DNA of 64,000 bases from an uncultured Acidobacteriota bacterium (GTDB lineage Bacteria; Acidobacteriota; Vicinamibacteria; Fen-336), in assembly GCA_963720545.1 (NCBI GenBank), contig OY970399.1, positions 672,001 through 736,000 on the forward strand. The letters are read 5' to 3'. The notes below the pieces were generated by a model, which had not been told where the DNA came from, ran no database searches, and worked only from the letters and a program-made list of their open reading frames with translations. The position numbers were made by a program, and so were the translations under genes. This document shows positions 1 through 10,530 of this stretch, one piece after another. The stretch's first letter is position 1. Every line of letters begins with the position of its first letter.

Positions 1-2
1 TG

Positions 3-1148
3 TCGCTGGCGCTCGCCGATGTTCCGGAGGCTTATCTCCCACCGGAGTTGCCGCGCGGGACACTCAACCTCAGCAACGGTGCGCCCGACGTGCGGCTGGT
101 GCCCGCGCGCGAGTTGGGCCGGGCGTATCGGCGCGCCCTCGCGCTGCGCGGCAACGAGCTGCTCGCATATGGCGATCCCCGCGGCCACCCGGCGCTGCGC
201 GCCGCACTCGCCGCGATGCTGGCCGACACCCGCGGGTTGCCGGCCGGTGCCGAAGACGTGTTCGTGACCCGCGGCGCGCAAATGGCGCTGACCCTTGTCG
301 CGCGCGCCCTGGTTCGTCCGGGCGACACGATCGCGGTCGAGGAATTCGGATACCGGCCGGCATGGGAAGCGTTTCGCGCAGCGGGGGCGGAGATCGTTCC
401 GGTCCCCATCGACGCTGAAGGCATCGATGTCGACGCGCTCACACGCCTCGCGTCACGCACAAGCCTGCGTGCCGTCTGCGTCACTCCCCACCATCAGTAT
501 CCGACGACGGTGACGTTGAAGGCGCCGCGGCGCCTGGCGCTGCTGGCGCTCGCGCGCGAGCGGCGCTTCGCGGTCGTCGAGGACGATTACGACCACGAGT
601 TCCACTACGACGGACGGCCGATGTTTCCGCTGGCGAGCGCCGACCCGGCGGGAGTGGTCGTGTACATCGGCACCCTGTCGAAGGTGCTGGCTCCGGGCCT
701 GCGTGTCGGCTACATCGTCGCGCAGCCGGCGGTGCTGCGCAGCGTCACCGCGCTCCGCTCGCTGCTCGACATCCAGGGCGATCTCGCCACCGAGGCGGCG
801 GTGGCCGCGCTCATCGAGGACGGCGGGCTGCAGCGCCATGTCGCGCGCGTGCGCCGCGTATACGCGAACCGTCGCGCCATCCTCGCCGCCAGCCTGCGCC
901 GCACCTTCGGCGACGGCGCCGAGTTCTCCCTGGCTCCCGGCGGCATGGCGCTGTGGGTGCGCCTGCGGATGCCGATCGACGTCGAGGCGTGGGCGCGCCG
1001 CAGCATTGCCTACGGCGTCTCCTGGTACACCGGCCGCCGCTACGCCCTCGACGGCCGCCCCAAGCCGTTCGCGCGCATGAGCTTCGCCTGGCTCAACGAA
1101 CGCGAACTCCCGGAAGCCGTGCGACGCATGTACGCCGCACGGCGTTAG
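3..1148 (+). CDS. MocR/GabR-family (GntR-PLP) aminotransferase-like regulator, 5'-truncated by the window edge
   Basis: Frame is open from the window start. Motifs YGDPRG, TPHHQYPT, VVEDDYDHEFHY, YIGTLSKVLAPGLRVGY. Confidence 0.9.
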   Translation, partial: SLALADVPEAYLPPELPRGTLNLSNGAPDVRLVPARELGRAYRRALALRGNELLAYGDPRGHPALRAALAAMLADTRGLPAGAEDVFVTRGAQMALTLVARALVRPGDTIAVEEFGYRPAWEAFRAAGAEIVPVPIDAEGIDVDALTRLASRTSLRAVCVTPHHQYPTTVTLKAPRRLALLALARERRFAVVEDDYDHEFHYDGRPMFPLASADPAGVVVYIGTLSKVLAPGLRVGYIVAQPAVLRSVTALRSLLDIQGDLATEAAVAALIEDGGLQRHVARVRRVYANRRAILAASLRRTFGDGAEFSLAPGGMALWVRLRMPIDVEAWARRSIAYGVSWYTGRRYALDGRPKPFARMSFAWLNERELPEAVRRMYAARR

Positions 1149-1149
1149 C

Positions 1150-3810
1150 TCACTCGTTGCGCAGCGCCACCGCGGGATCGATGCGCGCCGCGCGCCGTGC
1201 CGGCAGGTAGCCGGCGCCAAGCGCGACCGCATTGAGCAGGAGCGCAACGGCGGCCAGCGTCAGCGGACCGCCGGCTTTCGCTCCATCGAACAAACTGAGC
1301 AGCAGCCGCACACTGGCAGCGGCGCCAATGAGACCGAGAACGGAGCCCGCCAGCGAAAGGCGCAGCGCCTGAGCGAGCACCGCGCGGACGACGCGACGGC
1401 GTTCGGCGCCCAGCGCGAGGCGGATCCCGATCTCGCTCGTGCGTTGGGCAACGCTGTACGACACTACGCCGTACAGGCCGACTGCCGCCAGCAGGATCGC
1501 GAGCCCGGCGAAGACCGCCAGGATCGCCGTCAACAAGCGAGCCTCGGCAAGCGACCGGTCGAGGACCTCGCGCAGGGGGTAGACACCAGCGACCGGGATG
1601 TGCCGGTTCACGGACTGCGCCACATCCTTCAGCACACCTGCGAACTTCGCAGCGTCGCCGTCGGTGCGGGCGACCAGGGTCAGGTGCCAGTCGGGCCCCT
1701 GCTGCTCCACCGCAAGGTAGATCTCCGGCCGGGCGGGCGTTCCGAGGCTCGCCTGGCGAACGTCGCCTGCGACTCCGACCACGGTGGCGACAATGGTCTT
1801 TTCGCCCGTTCCGGGCAGCATGATTTCCTGGCCCACGGCGTTCTCGTCGGGCCAGAAGCGGCGCGCTGCCGACTGGTTGACGACAATCGCCTGGCGGGCT
1901 CCCTCGCGATCGTCGGCGGTGAACTCACGGCCCGTGAGCACCGGGATCGACATGGTGCTGAAATAGCCGGCGCTCGCGATGTTGAAGTTGGCGCTCCAGG
2001 CTTCGTCGGGCGCCGGATCGGGACGACCCTTGATGTGAAAGTCGAGCGTGTCGGCTCCGCCGCTCAACGGCAGGCTGGCGACGAGAGCGCTCGAGCGCAC
2101 TCCCGGCACCACGCCGACGCGGGCGCGCACGTCCTCAAAATAGCGGAGCCGCTCGCGCCGGTTCGTTGCGATGCTGCCGGGCACCCAGGAATCGATCACC
2201 AGGACATGTTCGCTGGCAAGCGTCAATTCAGCGGGCCGCATCGCAAGCAGGCTGTTGAGGAGCGTGCCGGCTGCGGCAAGCAGGATCAGGGCGAGGCCTG
2301 TCTCGCCAACGATCAGGAGCGCCTGCATGCGGCGATTCCGGCGGCTCGAGATCGTGCGGCTCGACTCGCGCAGCCCCTTCGCAAGGCCTGGGGCCGCGTC
2401 GCTCAGCGCGGGCGCGACACCGAACAACAGGCCGCTGACGACGCACACGGCCAAGGTGATGGCGAGTACTGTCGGGTCCACGTGCGCGCTCTCGATGCGC
2501 GACACCTTGAAGTTGGCGCTGAGCCCCAGCACCAGGATCCGGGTGCCCCACGTGGATAGAAGCAATCCGACGGCACCGCCGCAGAGCGACAGAAGCAGGC
2601 TCTCGGCGACGAGCTGCTGAAGGATGCGCCAGCGGCTGGCGCCGAGCGCGGCGCGCAGGGCGAGTTCCCGATGTCGGGTGGAATGGCGCGCCAGCACCAG
2701 GTTGACGACGTTCGCGCACGCGATCAGCAGGACGATGAAGACGACGCCCAGGACAACCAGCAGCCCGGTTCGCGCATCGCCGGCGACGGCTCTCGCGAGC
2801 GGCACCACGTTGGCGCCGACTCCTTCGTTGGTGTCGGGGTTCGCCGCGGCGATGCGCGCAGTGATCGCGTCCATCTCCACTTGCGCAGCCTGTCGGTCGA
2901 TCCCGTGCTGCAACCGGCCGATGACGCGCAGGAAGCTGTGGCCACGCTTGAAATCGACGGGCCGCGGCACGTACACCTGCTCGCTGCCGATCGTGGAGAA
3001 CTCGAAGCCCGCGGGCAGAACACCGACGATCGTGCGCCGCTCCTCGTTGATGACGATGTCCTTGCCGATGACGTCGGGGCCCCTGCCAAATCGCGACTGC
3101 CACAACGAATCGGCGATGAGCGCCACCGGCGGCGCACCGGGTGCGGTATCCGCATCGAGAAACGTGCGGCCGCGCGCCGGCGCCACACCCAGGACCTCGA
3201 AAAAGCCCGGCGTCGCCTGCAGGGCCGTCACCAGCTCGGCGCGATCGACGCCGTCGATGGTTACAGTGCGGCTCGTGTATGCCGCGAGTCGGGTAAACGA
3301 CTTCGCCGCGGCGCGCCACTCGGCGAAGTCCGCGTAGGAGGCGACGTCTTCCCGGTCGCCGGCAGATTCGTTCGTGGCCCACACGTGCACCAGGCGTTCC
3401 TGCTCGGGATAGGGCAAGGGCTGCAGGACGACGGCGTTCACGACGCTGAAGATGGCTGTGTTGGCGCCGATGCCAAGGCCGAGAGTGAGCACCGCGACCG
3501 TGGTGAAAGCACGATTCTTGCGCAGGGCGCGCGCGCCGTAGCGAAAATCCTGGAGGAGGTGTGCCAGTGCCGGGTAGCCGCGCCGGTCGCGGCACTCTTC
3601 GGCGATCCCCGGCAGGCTGCCGAGCGCAAGGACTGCCTGCCGGCGCGCTTCCTCGGGGGTCATGCCCGCGCGCACGTTGTCGTCCGCGTGCATCCGCAGG
3701 TGCGACTCCAGCTCCTCGTCGAACTCCCGCCCGGGGCGTGCCCCGAGGAAAAGCCCGCGCACTCTTGCGAGCACCGAACGAAGGCGAGCCGCGATTCGGT
3801 CCCAGGCCAT
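1150..3810 (-). CDS. ABC transporter permease, ADOP (acidobacterial duplicated orphan permease) type
   Basis: N-terminal [15 protein letters not shown], then [29 protein letters not shown]. Two MacB/FtsX repeats, C-terminal [17 protein letters not shown]. Confidence 0.92.
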   Translation of the reverse strand: MAWDRIAARLRSVLARVRGLFLGARPGREFDEELESHLRMHADDNVRAGMTPEEARRQAVLALGSLPGIAEECRDRRGYPALAHLLQDFRYGARALRKNRAFTTVAVLTLGLGIGANTAIFSVVNAVVLQPLPYPEQERLVHVWATNESAGDREDVASYADFAEWRAAAKSFTRLAAYTSRTVTIDGVDRAELVTALQATPGFFEVLGVAPARGRTFLDADTAPGAPPVALIADSLWQSRFGRGPDVIGKDIVINEERRTIVGVLPAGFEFSTIGSEQVYVPRPVDFKRGHSFLRVIGRLQHGIDRQAAQVEMDAITARIAAANPDTNEGVGANVVPLARAVAGDARTGLLVVLGVVFIVLLIACANVVNLVLARHSTRHRELALRAALGASRWRILQQLVAESLLLSLCGGAVGLLLSTWGTRILVLGLSANFKVSRIESAHVDPTVLAITLAVCVVSGLLFGVAPALSDAAPGLAKGLRESSRTISSRRNRRMQALLIVGETGLALILLAAAGTLLNSLLAMRPAELTLASEHVLVIDSWVPGSIATNRRERLRYFEDVRARVGVVPGVRSSALVASLPLSGGADTLDFHIKGRPDPAPDEAWSANFNIASAGYFSTMSIPVLTGREFTADDREGARQAIVVNQSAARRFWPDENAVGQEIMLPGTGEKTIVATVVGVAGDVRQASLGTPARPEIYLAVEQQGPDWHLTLVARTDGDAAKFAGVLKDVAQSVNRHIPVAGVYPLREVLDRSLAEARLLTAILAVFAGLAILLAAVGLYGVVSYSVAQRTSEIGIRLALGAERRRVVRAVLAQALRLSLAGSVLGLIGAAASVRLLLSLFDGAKAGGPLTLAAVALLLNAVALGAGYLPARRAARIDPAVALRNE

Positions 3811-3880
3811 GCGCAGGTGAAGCCTCTCACACCTTCCTATGGGAACGCAATAGGAGAAGACAGGTACGGCGCTCCCGGCG

Positions 3881-4795
3881 CTAACGCTTCGCGTCGGGGC
3901 GCAGGAAGGTGCCTTCGTCGAGCTGTTCGAAGGCGTGCTGCAGCTCTTCCTGGGTGTTCATCACCACCGGGCCGTACCAGGCGACCGGTTCGCCGAGCGG
4001 CTGCCCGGAGATGAGCAGGAAGCGGATCCCCTCCTCGCCTGCCTGCACTTCGACCTCGTCGCCCGAGTCGAAGAGTACGAGCGAGCGGTTGTCGGCACGG
4101 GCAGGCGGCTTCGAGTCGGCCCAACGGTCGGGCTCCGTGGGGACGGCAAGCGGCGAGGAGGCGTTGCAGAACTTGCCGTGGCCGTCGAACACGTAGGCGA
4201 AAGCGTGGCTGGTCGTTTCCACCGGCAGGCGCTTCCTCTTGCCCGCCGGGATCGAGACGTCGAGGTACACCGGCCTGGCGGCGACGTCTTCCACCGGTCC
4301 GCCGATGCCGCGGTAGCTGCCGCAGACGATGCGCACCGAGGTGCCGTCGTCGTCTTGTGCCACCGGCACATCCTGCGATTTCACTTCCTGGTAGCGCGGC
4401 GCCGTCATCTTCAGTGAGGACGGCAGGTTCGCCCACAGCTGGAAGCCGTGCATGCGTCCGTCGGCGTCGCCTTTCGGCATCTCCTGGTGGATGATGCCGC
4501 GGCCGGCGGTCATCCACTGGATGTCGCCCGCGCCGATCGTGCCGTTGTTGCCCATGCTGTCGCCGTGCTCGACCGTGCCGGCGAGGACATACGTGATCGT
4601 CTCCATGCCGCGGTGCGGGTGCCACGGAAACCCGGCGAGGTAGTCCTCGGGCCGCTCATTGCGGAAATCGTCGAGCAGCAGGAAGGGATCGTAGTCGGCG
4701 GTGGTGCCGAAACCGAACGCGCGGCGCAGCCGCACGCCGGCGCCTTCCAGCGTCGGCTTGGCCTGCACCAGTTTCTTCACGGGTCGGATCGCCAT
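3881..4795 (-). CDS. Pirin family protein
   Basis: [66 protein letters not shown] upstream. Confidence 0.95.
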   Translation of the reverse strand: MAIRPVKKLVQAKPTLEGAGVRLRRAFGFGTTADYDPFLLLDDFRNERPEDYLAGFPWHPHRGMETITYVLAGTVEHGDSMGNNGTIGAGDIQWMTAGRGIIHQEMPKGDADGRMHGFQLWANLPSSLKMTAPRYQEVKSQDVPVAQDDDGTSVRIVCGSYRGIGGPVEDVAARPVYLDVSIPAGKRKRLPVETTSHAFAYVFDGHGKFCNASSPLAVPTEPDRWADSKPPARADNRSLVLFDSGDEVEVQAGEEGIRFLLISGQPLGEPVAWYGPVVMNTQEELQHAFEQLDEGTFLRPDAKR

Positions 4796-4870
4796 GGGAA
4801 CTCCTTCAGCCCAATTGTTCCATTTTCAGGAGTACATTGTGCCGGCCACAAATCCAAGAAGGAGTCAGCC

Positions 4871-5335
4871 ATGAAGTCGAAGACGATCCTGCTGTCGCTG
4901 GGCGTTCTCTTCGCGGGCGTAGCCGTGTGCATCGCGGCGGACGCGCAACTGGGTACCTGGAAGCTGAACGAGGCGAAGTCGACGATCCCTGCGGGGGCGG
5001 TGAAGAACACCACCGTCGTCTACGCGGCCGAAGGCGACAACGTGAAGATCACGGTGGACGGCGTGGATAGCGACGGCAAGCCGGCGCACAACGAGTGGAC
5101 GGGCAAATTCGATGGCAAGGATTACCCGATTGCCGGCGATCCGACTGCCGATGCGCGCGCCTACACCAAGGTGGACGAGCGGACGCTGGAATTCAAGAAC
5201 AAGAAGGGTGGCAAGGCAGTCGCGGCGGGGCGCGTCAGCATCTCGGCCGACGGCAAGACCCGCACGGTGACGATCGACGCTACCACCGGGACAGGCGCCA
5301 AGGTCAGCAGCAAGTCGGTATTCGACAAGCAGTAG
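4871..5335 (+). CDS. Secreted hypothetical protein (lipocalin-like beta-barrel)
   Basis: RBS AAGGAG, signal peptide MKSKTILLSLGVLFAGVAVCIAA, GTWKLNEAKS motif. The ORF-track start at 4448 is too far upstream. Confidence 0.75.
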   Translation: MKSKTILLSLGVLFAGVAVCIAADAQLGTWKLNEAKSTIPAGAVKNTTVVYAAEGDNVKITVDGVDSDGKPAHNEWTGKFDGKDYPIAGDPTADARAYTKVDERTLEFKNKKGGKAVAAGRVSISADGKTRTVTIDATTGTGAKVSSKSVFDKQ

Positions 5336-5463
5336 TCGATGCATCGGCCGGCGCCGCTGATGACTTCTTCGCCATCCACGGCGTCGGCCATCCAACTAGG
5401 GTCGCGTCGCGCCTACCGCGGAACTGAACCGATCGTCGGCCTCCGCGACGCCGGGGTAACTGC

Positions 5464-6171
5464 CTATCGCGGGGCGATGCGATCCGCGAGGGTGTCGTGG
5501 TGGAACGAGGAGTGTTCCCGAACCTCGGCCCAGCCGTTGCCGCCCGCGGCCGCGGCCGCTGCCTGATCGGCGCCGAAGTCCTGCCATGAATTGTGGCGAG
5601 TGATCGACAAGAACTGCCACGCCCCGCCTTCGAGGTGTTGCAGGAGAACCTGGCTGCTCGCAATCTTGGAGGCTGGGTTGGGCGGCTGGCTCAGGATTTT
5701 TTCGAGCGCGGCGCGGTGTCCGGGGTACGAGCGGTGCACGGCGACGGTGTAGACCGAGTCCTTCGTCCCCTCGACGCCCACGCCCATTGCCTTCGCAAAC
5801 TCGCCCCAGGCCGGCCCGGCGACGAATGTGTCGTTGTGCCAGGCACGCAACTCCGGTCCGGCGCTAGGCGGGGCTGCCGGGATGGCGACGGTAGCCTTCG
5901 TCCCGAGGTGCTCGACGACAACATAGTCCCAGTCATCGCCGTCCTGGTGACGCAGGACAAGGAAGTGTCCCGGCATCGGCGAGCCCGCGGGCTGGGTCTC
6001 GAGCTGCTTGCCGAGCGCGGACGCCTGTCCCGCGGCGGCTTTGGTGAAATGAACGTGGTAGATGTCCGTCGGCGCGGTATCGACTGCCGTTGCCGTGGTC
6101 TGCGCGCTGCCCGCCGCAGCGCCGGCGAAAACAACCGCGATGGCCAGAGTCGGGGCACAAAAGTGATGCAT
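5464..6171 (-). CDS. Secreted hypothetical protein with an internal duplication
   Basis: RBS AGGAGG and signal peptide. Two similar halves (..LRHQDGDDWDY..WHNDT / ..LQHLEGGAWQF..FHHDT). Confidence 0.75.
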   Translation of the reverse strand: MHHFCAPTLAIAVVFAGAAAGSAQTTATAVDTAPTDIYHVHFTKAAAGQASALGKQLETQPAGSPMPGHFLVLRHQDGDDWDYVVVEHLGTKATVAIPAAPPSAGPELRAWHNDTFVAGPAWGEFAKAMGVGVEGTKDSVYTVAVHRSYPGHRAALEKILSQPPNPASKIASSQVLLQHLEGGAWQFLSITRHNSWQDFGADQAAAAAAGGNGWAEVREHSSFHHDTLADRIAPR

Positions 6172-6523
6172 GAGGCCTGCCTCCTGTTTTTTGAATTGAG
6201 TGGCGGAGCACGATACGTCGGCGGAATCTAAAACGTCAAGGAATGGCTTGCACTACGCAAGACAAACAGTGCCAATGGATACGCCAGCACCGGATTCCGA
6301 ACTCGGAAGAGACTCGGAAACTAGTGTCACGCTCGCGCGCGCTCTTGAGGAGGTCCGCGTTGTGTAGGCCTTCCCACTGCCTACGACCAGGATGAAGCCG
6401 TCGAGACGAATGTCCTGCCTCCCAAACGCATAGACGTTGATTGTGGACTGCGGGGATCCGTCGCCGGTGGCGGATTTCGGACATTCGCAGGGACCTGCGG
6501 AAGGGAACCACTAGAATCGCGCG

Positions 6524-7564
6524 GTGAATCCGCCCCGCAAGATACCGCCCGGTGAATGGGCCGAATGGGACGACCAGCGCCTGCTCGACTTGCGCCTGTG
6601 CGACCTCGACATCGCGATTGAAGGCTCCGACCTCGAAGAGCGCATCGCCGAGCTGAACCGCGAGCTCGAGGCGCGCAGCCTCGAGTTCCGCCCGCACTTC
6701 TGGCTCGCCGACGAGTGGTTCTGCCCGGACGGCGTGCCCGGCATCGCGGTGCCCTTCTACCTCGCCCATCCACGGCTCGCCCGCCTCGAGATGTCGCAGA
6801 TGCTCGAAGTCGAGGGCGGCACGCGCGAGAGCTGCCTGCAGATCCTGCGCCACGAAGCCGGCCACGCGATCGAGAACGCCTACGAGTTGCGCGCGCGCAC
6901 GCGCCGCCAGGAGCTGTTCGGCCGCACCAGCGTTCCCTATCCCGATTCGTACGCGCCCAAGCCGCACAGCCGCAGCTTTGTGCAGCACCTGAACGGCTGG
7001 TACGCGCAGGCGCACCCCGACGAGGATTTCGCGGAAACCTTTGCCGTGTGGCTCACGCCCGGAATCAACTGGCGGGAGCGCTACGCCGGGTGGCCGGTGT
7101 TGCGCAAGCTGGAGTACGTGGACAAGGTCACCGCCGGGTTGCGCGGCAAGCCGCAGAAAGTGAAGACGCGGCGCACCCAGGACGCGCTGCACACCATCCG
7201 CCGCACGCTGCGCCGCCACTACCAGCGGCGCCGCGCGCACTACGGCGTGGTGCATCCGGACGCGTACGACCGCGCGCTGCGCAGCCTGTTTGCGTTGCCG
7301 CCTTCCGACCCGGCCGCCGCCGGCCAGCCGGCCGCGGTGTTCCTCTCGCGCATCCGCCGCGCGGTGCGCCGGCGTGTGCAGCGCTGGACGGGAGAGTACG
7401 CTTACGCCATCGACCGCACGCTGGAGGACATCATCGAGCGCTGCCGCACCCTCGATCTGCGTGTCAGCAAGTCCGAGGCCGAGACCGAACTGCAGTTCAC
7501 CGCGTTCGTCACGGCGCAAGCGGTTGCGCAATTGCACCGCTCGCGCAAGCGGGTGCCGCTGTGA
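6524..7564 (+). CDS. Putative zinc-binding metallopeptidase
   Basis: HEAGH (HExxH) followed by YAQAHPDEDFAETFAVW. The stop overlaps the next gene's start (GTGA). Confidence 0.85.
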   Translation: MNPPRKIPPGEWAEWDDQRLLDLRLCDLDIAIEGSDLEERIAELNRELEARSLEFRPHFWLADEWFCPDGVPGIAVPFYLAHPRLARLEMSQMLEVEGGTRESCLQILRHEAGHAIENAYELRARTRRQELFGRTSVPYPDSYAPKPHSRSFVQHLNGWYAQAHPDEDFAETFAVWLTPGINWRERYAGWPVLRKLEYVDKVTAGLRGKPQKVKTRRTQDALHTIRRTLRRHYQRRRAHYGVVHPDAYDRALRSLFALPPSDPAAAGQPAAVFLSRIRRAVRRRVQRWTGEYAYAIDRTLEDIIERCRTLDLRVSKSEAETELQFTAFVTAQAVAQLHRSRKRVPL

Positions 7565-8604
7565 AGAAGGCGGTGGCGGCCGCCCACAAGCTGCGGGTGC
7601 TGGCGCTCTTCCATCATGCGCTGGTGCCGCCGGAGGACGCGACCGAGAAGGAAGCGCGGCCCTCGGAATGGAAGACCGAGTTCGACGTGATGCGCGCGCT
7701 GCGGAACCTCGGCCATGAAGTGATGCCGCTCGGCGTCGGCGACGATCTCGGGGCCATCCGCAAGGCAGTCGAGGAGTTCAAGCCCGACATCGCCTTCAAC
7801 CTGCTCGAGGGCTTCGACGACGTGCCGATCTGGGACCAGAACATCGTCGCGCACCTGGAGCTGCTGAAGATCCGCTACACCGGCTGCAACTCGCGCGGCA
7901 TGCTGCTGTCGCGCGACAAGGCGATCGCGAAGAAGCTGCTCTCCTACCACCGCATCCCGGTCGCGGACTTCGCCGTGTTTCCCGCCGGGCGCCCGGTGCG
8001 CCGGCCCAAGCGGCTCGCCTTTCCGTTGATCGTGAAGTCGCTGACGCTCGACGCCTCCATCGGCATCTCACAGGCCTCGGTCGTCGAGAACGACGACGCG
8101 CTGCAGGAGCGGGTGCGCTTCATCCACGAGAGCATCGACACCGACGCCCTGGTCGAGACCTACGTCGAGGGCCGCGAGGTGTACGTCGGCCTCATCGGCA
8201 ATGAGCGCCTGACGGTGCTGCCCATCTGGGAGCTGCTCTTCACCAAGATGCCGGAAGACCAGCGCCGCATCGCGACGGAGCGGCTCAAGTGGAGCCTCAA
8301 GTACCAGAAGAAGCACGGCATCGTCAGCGCCGAGGCGAAGGAGCTGCCCGAAGGCGCGGCCGCCCGCATCCAGGCGATGTGCAAGCGCGTCTACCGCAGC
8401 CTGATGCTGACCGGCTACGCGCGCATCGACCTGCGGCTGCGCGACGACGGCTCGATGTGCGTGATCGAGGCGAACCCCAACCCGCAGCTGTCGCGCGACG
8501 AGGACTTCGCGCTCTCGGCGCGCGCCATGGGCGTCGAATACGAGCGCCTGATCCAGCGCCTGCTGGTGCTCGGGATGCGCTGGGAGCCGAGCAGCGTCGG
8601 CTAG
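7561..8604 (+). CDS. D-Ala-D-Ala ligase-like ATP-grasp protein
   Basis: PDIAFNLLE, YTG..DKAIAKK, FPLIVK, ETYVEGRE, GYARIDLR, IEANPNP. GTG at 7561 is coupled to the peptidase stop. Confidence 0.88.
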   Translation: MKKAVAAAHKLRVLALFHHALVPPEDATEKEARPSEWKTEFDVMRALRNLGHEVMPLGVGDDLGAIRKAVEEFKPDIAFNLLEGFDDVPIWDQNIVAHLELLKIRYTGCNSRGMLLSRDKAIAKKLLSYHRIPVADFAVFPAGRPVRRPKRLAFPLIVKSLTLDASIGISQASVVENDDALQERVRFIHESIDTDALVETYVEGREVYVGLIGNERLTVLPIWELLFTKMPEDQRRIATERLKWSLKYQKKHGIVSAEAKELPEGAAARIQAMCKRVYRSLMLTGYARIDLRLRDDGSMCVIEANPNPQLSRDEDFALSARAMGVEYERLIQRLLVLGMRWEPSSVG

Positions 8605-8613
8605 GATGGTTCG

Positions 8614-9696
8614 ATGCTGACCACAGCTGCCGCTGCGGCGCTCACGGGCGTGCTGGCGCTCGGCGCCAACGCGAGCGCCCAGCAGTCGTCGCCCTCACCT
8701 GCTCCCGCGGCATCACCAGCTCCTTCCCCGGCGCCGTCGGTTTCACCCGAGGTTGAGGGACGCGCGTCGTTCGCCGCCTTCCTCGGCGAGGTCCGCACCG
8801 AGGCGCTAGCGGCGGGCATCCGCGCGGAGACGCTCGACAGCGCGCTCACCGGGGTTGAGTTCCTGCCAACCGTCCTCGACCGCGACCGCGCGCAAACCGA
8901 GTTCGTCCTCAGCTTCGACGACTACATCAAGAAGCGGCTCGTGCCGGAGACGATCAAGAAGGCCAACGAAATGTACACGCTGCACCGCGACGTGCTGCGC
9001 GACGTCGGCGCCGCCTACGGAGTTGCGCCGCGCTTCCTGGTGGCGGTCTGGGGGCTGGAGTCGCAATTCGGCGCCTTCGCGGGCGTGCGGCCGACGATCC
9101 CGACGCTGGCAACGCTCGCGTACGAATCGCGGCGCGCACCGTTCTTCCGTGCGCAGCTCATGGACGCCCTGCGCATCGTCGACCGGGGCGACATCACGCT
9201 CGGCGAGCTCAAGGGTTCCTGGGCGGGCGCTCTGGGACAGCCGCAGTTCCTGCCGAGCATCTACCTGCGCATCGCGCAGGATTTCGACAAGGACGGGCGC
9301 CGCGACATCTGGAACACGCCCGCCGACGTGTTCGCGTCGATTGCCGCGTACCTGAAGGAGCACGGCTGGCAGGACCGCGACGGCTGGGGACAGGAAGTGA
9401 AGGGCCCACCGGTGGCGTTCGCGCGCATCGCGCGCGAGATCGACAAGCGCGAGAGCGGCTGTGCCGCGCGCCGCGCCATGACGGAGGCGCTCACCATGAC
9501 GCGCTGGCGCGCGCTCGGCGTGCGCACCGCGGCCAATCGCTCGCTGCCGCGCACCCGGCGCACCGCGTCGCTGGTGCGCGCCGGCAAGCGCAACTTCCTG
9601 GTGTCGCCGAACTACGACGCCATCCTTTCCTATAACTGCGCGCAGTCCTACGCCCTCAGCGTCGTGCTGCTCGCCGACCGCATCAAGGAGCGCTGA
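8614..9696 (+). CDS. Lytic murein transglycosylase (MltB/SLT_2 family)
   Basis: Signal peptide and Pro/Ala linker. AVWGLESQFG, GSWAGALGQPQFLPS, DFDKDGRRDIW, YNCAQSYAL. Confidence 0.92.
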   Translation: MLTTAAAAALTGVLALGANASAQQSSPSPAPAASPAPSPAPSVSPEVEGRASFAAFLGEVRTEALAAGIRAETLDSALTGVEFLPTVLDRDRAQTEFVLSFDDYIKKRLVPETIKKANEMYTLHRDVLRDVGAAYGVAPRFLVAVWGLESQFGAFAGVRPTIPTLATLAYESRRAPFFRAQLMDALRIVDRGDITLGELKGSWAGALGQPQFLPSIYLRIAQDFDKDGRRDIWNTPADVFASIAAYLKEHGWQDRDGWGQEVKGPPVAFARIAREIDKRESGCAARRAMTEALTMTRWRALGVRTAANRSLPRTRRTASLVRAGKRNFLVSPNYDAILSYNCAQSYALSVVLLADRIKER

Positions 9697-9706
9697 GGCG
9701 CGCGCG

Positions 9707-10270
9707 ATGGCGATGACCAGGCCACGGGCCGGGCCGAAGCCAAAACCCGCCGCGAAGGCGGGGCCTGGCCACATCGTGCAGATCGCCGAGAGCGACACGC
9801 CCATCGGTCGCGTCGGTGTCGCGGTGTTCCGCGGCAAGCTGCTGCTGCTGAGCTTCCGGCCACAGTGGCGCGACATCGCTGACACGCTCGAGAAGCGCTT
9901 CGGTCCGGTGGCGCTCGACAAGGTGCGCGACCCCGGCGGGGTCATCACCGAACTGGAGCGCTACTTCAGCGGGCGGCTCGACGCCATCGACCGGATCGAA
10001 GTGGACGCCGGCGGCACGCCGTTCCAGGAGGCGTGCTGGCGCGAGCTGCGCCGCATTCCGCTCGGCCAGACGCGTTCTTACACCGAGCTCGCCCGCAGCG
10101 TGGGGCGTCCGAAGGCCATCCGCGCCGTGGGCGCCGCCAACGCCTTCAATCCGATCGCGGTGGTGGTGCCGTGCCACCGGGCTATTGGCGCAGACGGCAG
10201 GCTGGTGGGCTACGGCGGCGGGCTGATGGCAAAAGAGTGGCTGCTGCGCCACGAAGGCGCCTTGCTCTAG
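9707..10270 (+). CDS. ogt: Methylated-DNA--protein-cysteine S-methyltransferase
   Basis: GTPFQ, IPLGQTRSY, RAVGAA..NP, active-site PCHR, GYGGGL. Confidence 0.93.
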   Translation: MAMTRPRAGPKPKPAAKAGPGHIVQIAESDTPIGRVGVAVFRGKLLLLSFRPQWRDIADTLEKRFGPVALDKVRDPGGVITELERYFSGRLDAIDRIEVDAGGTPFQEACWRELRRIPLGQTRSYTELARSVGRPKAIRAVGAANAFNPIAVVVPCHRAIGADGRLVGYGGGLMAKEWLLRHEGALL

Positions 10271-10512
10271 CGCCCGGGGATCAACAGGCGCTTCATCTTT
10301 TCGTGGAGCGTCGTCGGCAGCACGCCCAGCGCCCGTGCGGCGCGGCGCTTGTTGCCGCCCGCGGCCCGCAGCGCGTCCATGATGATCTGCCGCTCGAAGG
10401 CGCTCACTTTCTCCTTGAGCTTCCAGGTGCCCACCGGTCCCGGTGCGAGAAAGCCATCCATCATCGTTCCCTGCCCCTCCTGGCGTTCAACGATTTGTGT
10501 ATATACATCCAT
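10267..10512 (-). CDS. Stand-alone Fis-type helix-turn-helix protein (start may be 10464 or 10461)
   Basis: FERQIIMDALRAAGGNKRRAARALGVLPTTLHEKMKRL matches the Fis/HTH_8 pattern. Confidence 0.8.
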   Translation of the reverse strand: MDVYTQIVERQEGQGTMMDGFLAPGPVGTWKLKEKVSAFERQIIMDALRAAGGNKRRAARALGVLPTTLHEKMKRLLIPGR

Positions 10513-10530
10513 CTGTCCTGAAAAAGCCGC

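Noticed and set aside
3835..3856. Inverted repeat TCCTAT..ATAGGA between pirin and ADOP
   Set aside because: Short stem with no U-tract, too weak to call as a terminator or operator.
8682..8750. Pro/Ala/Ser repeats at the start of the transglycosylase
   Set aside because: An ordinary low-complexity linker after the signal peptide.
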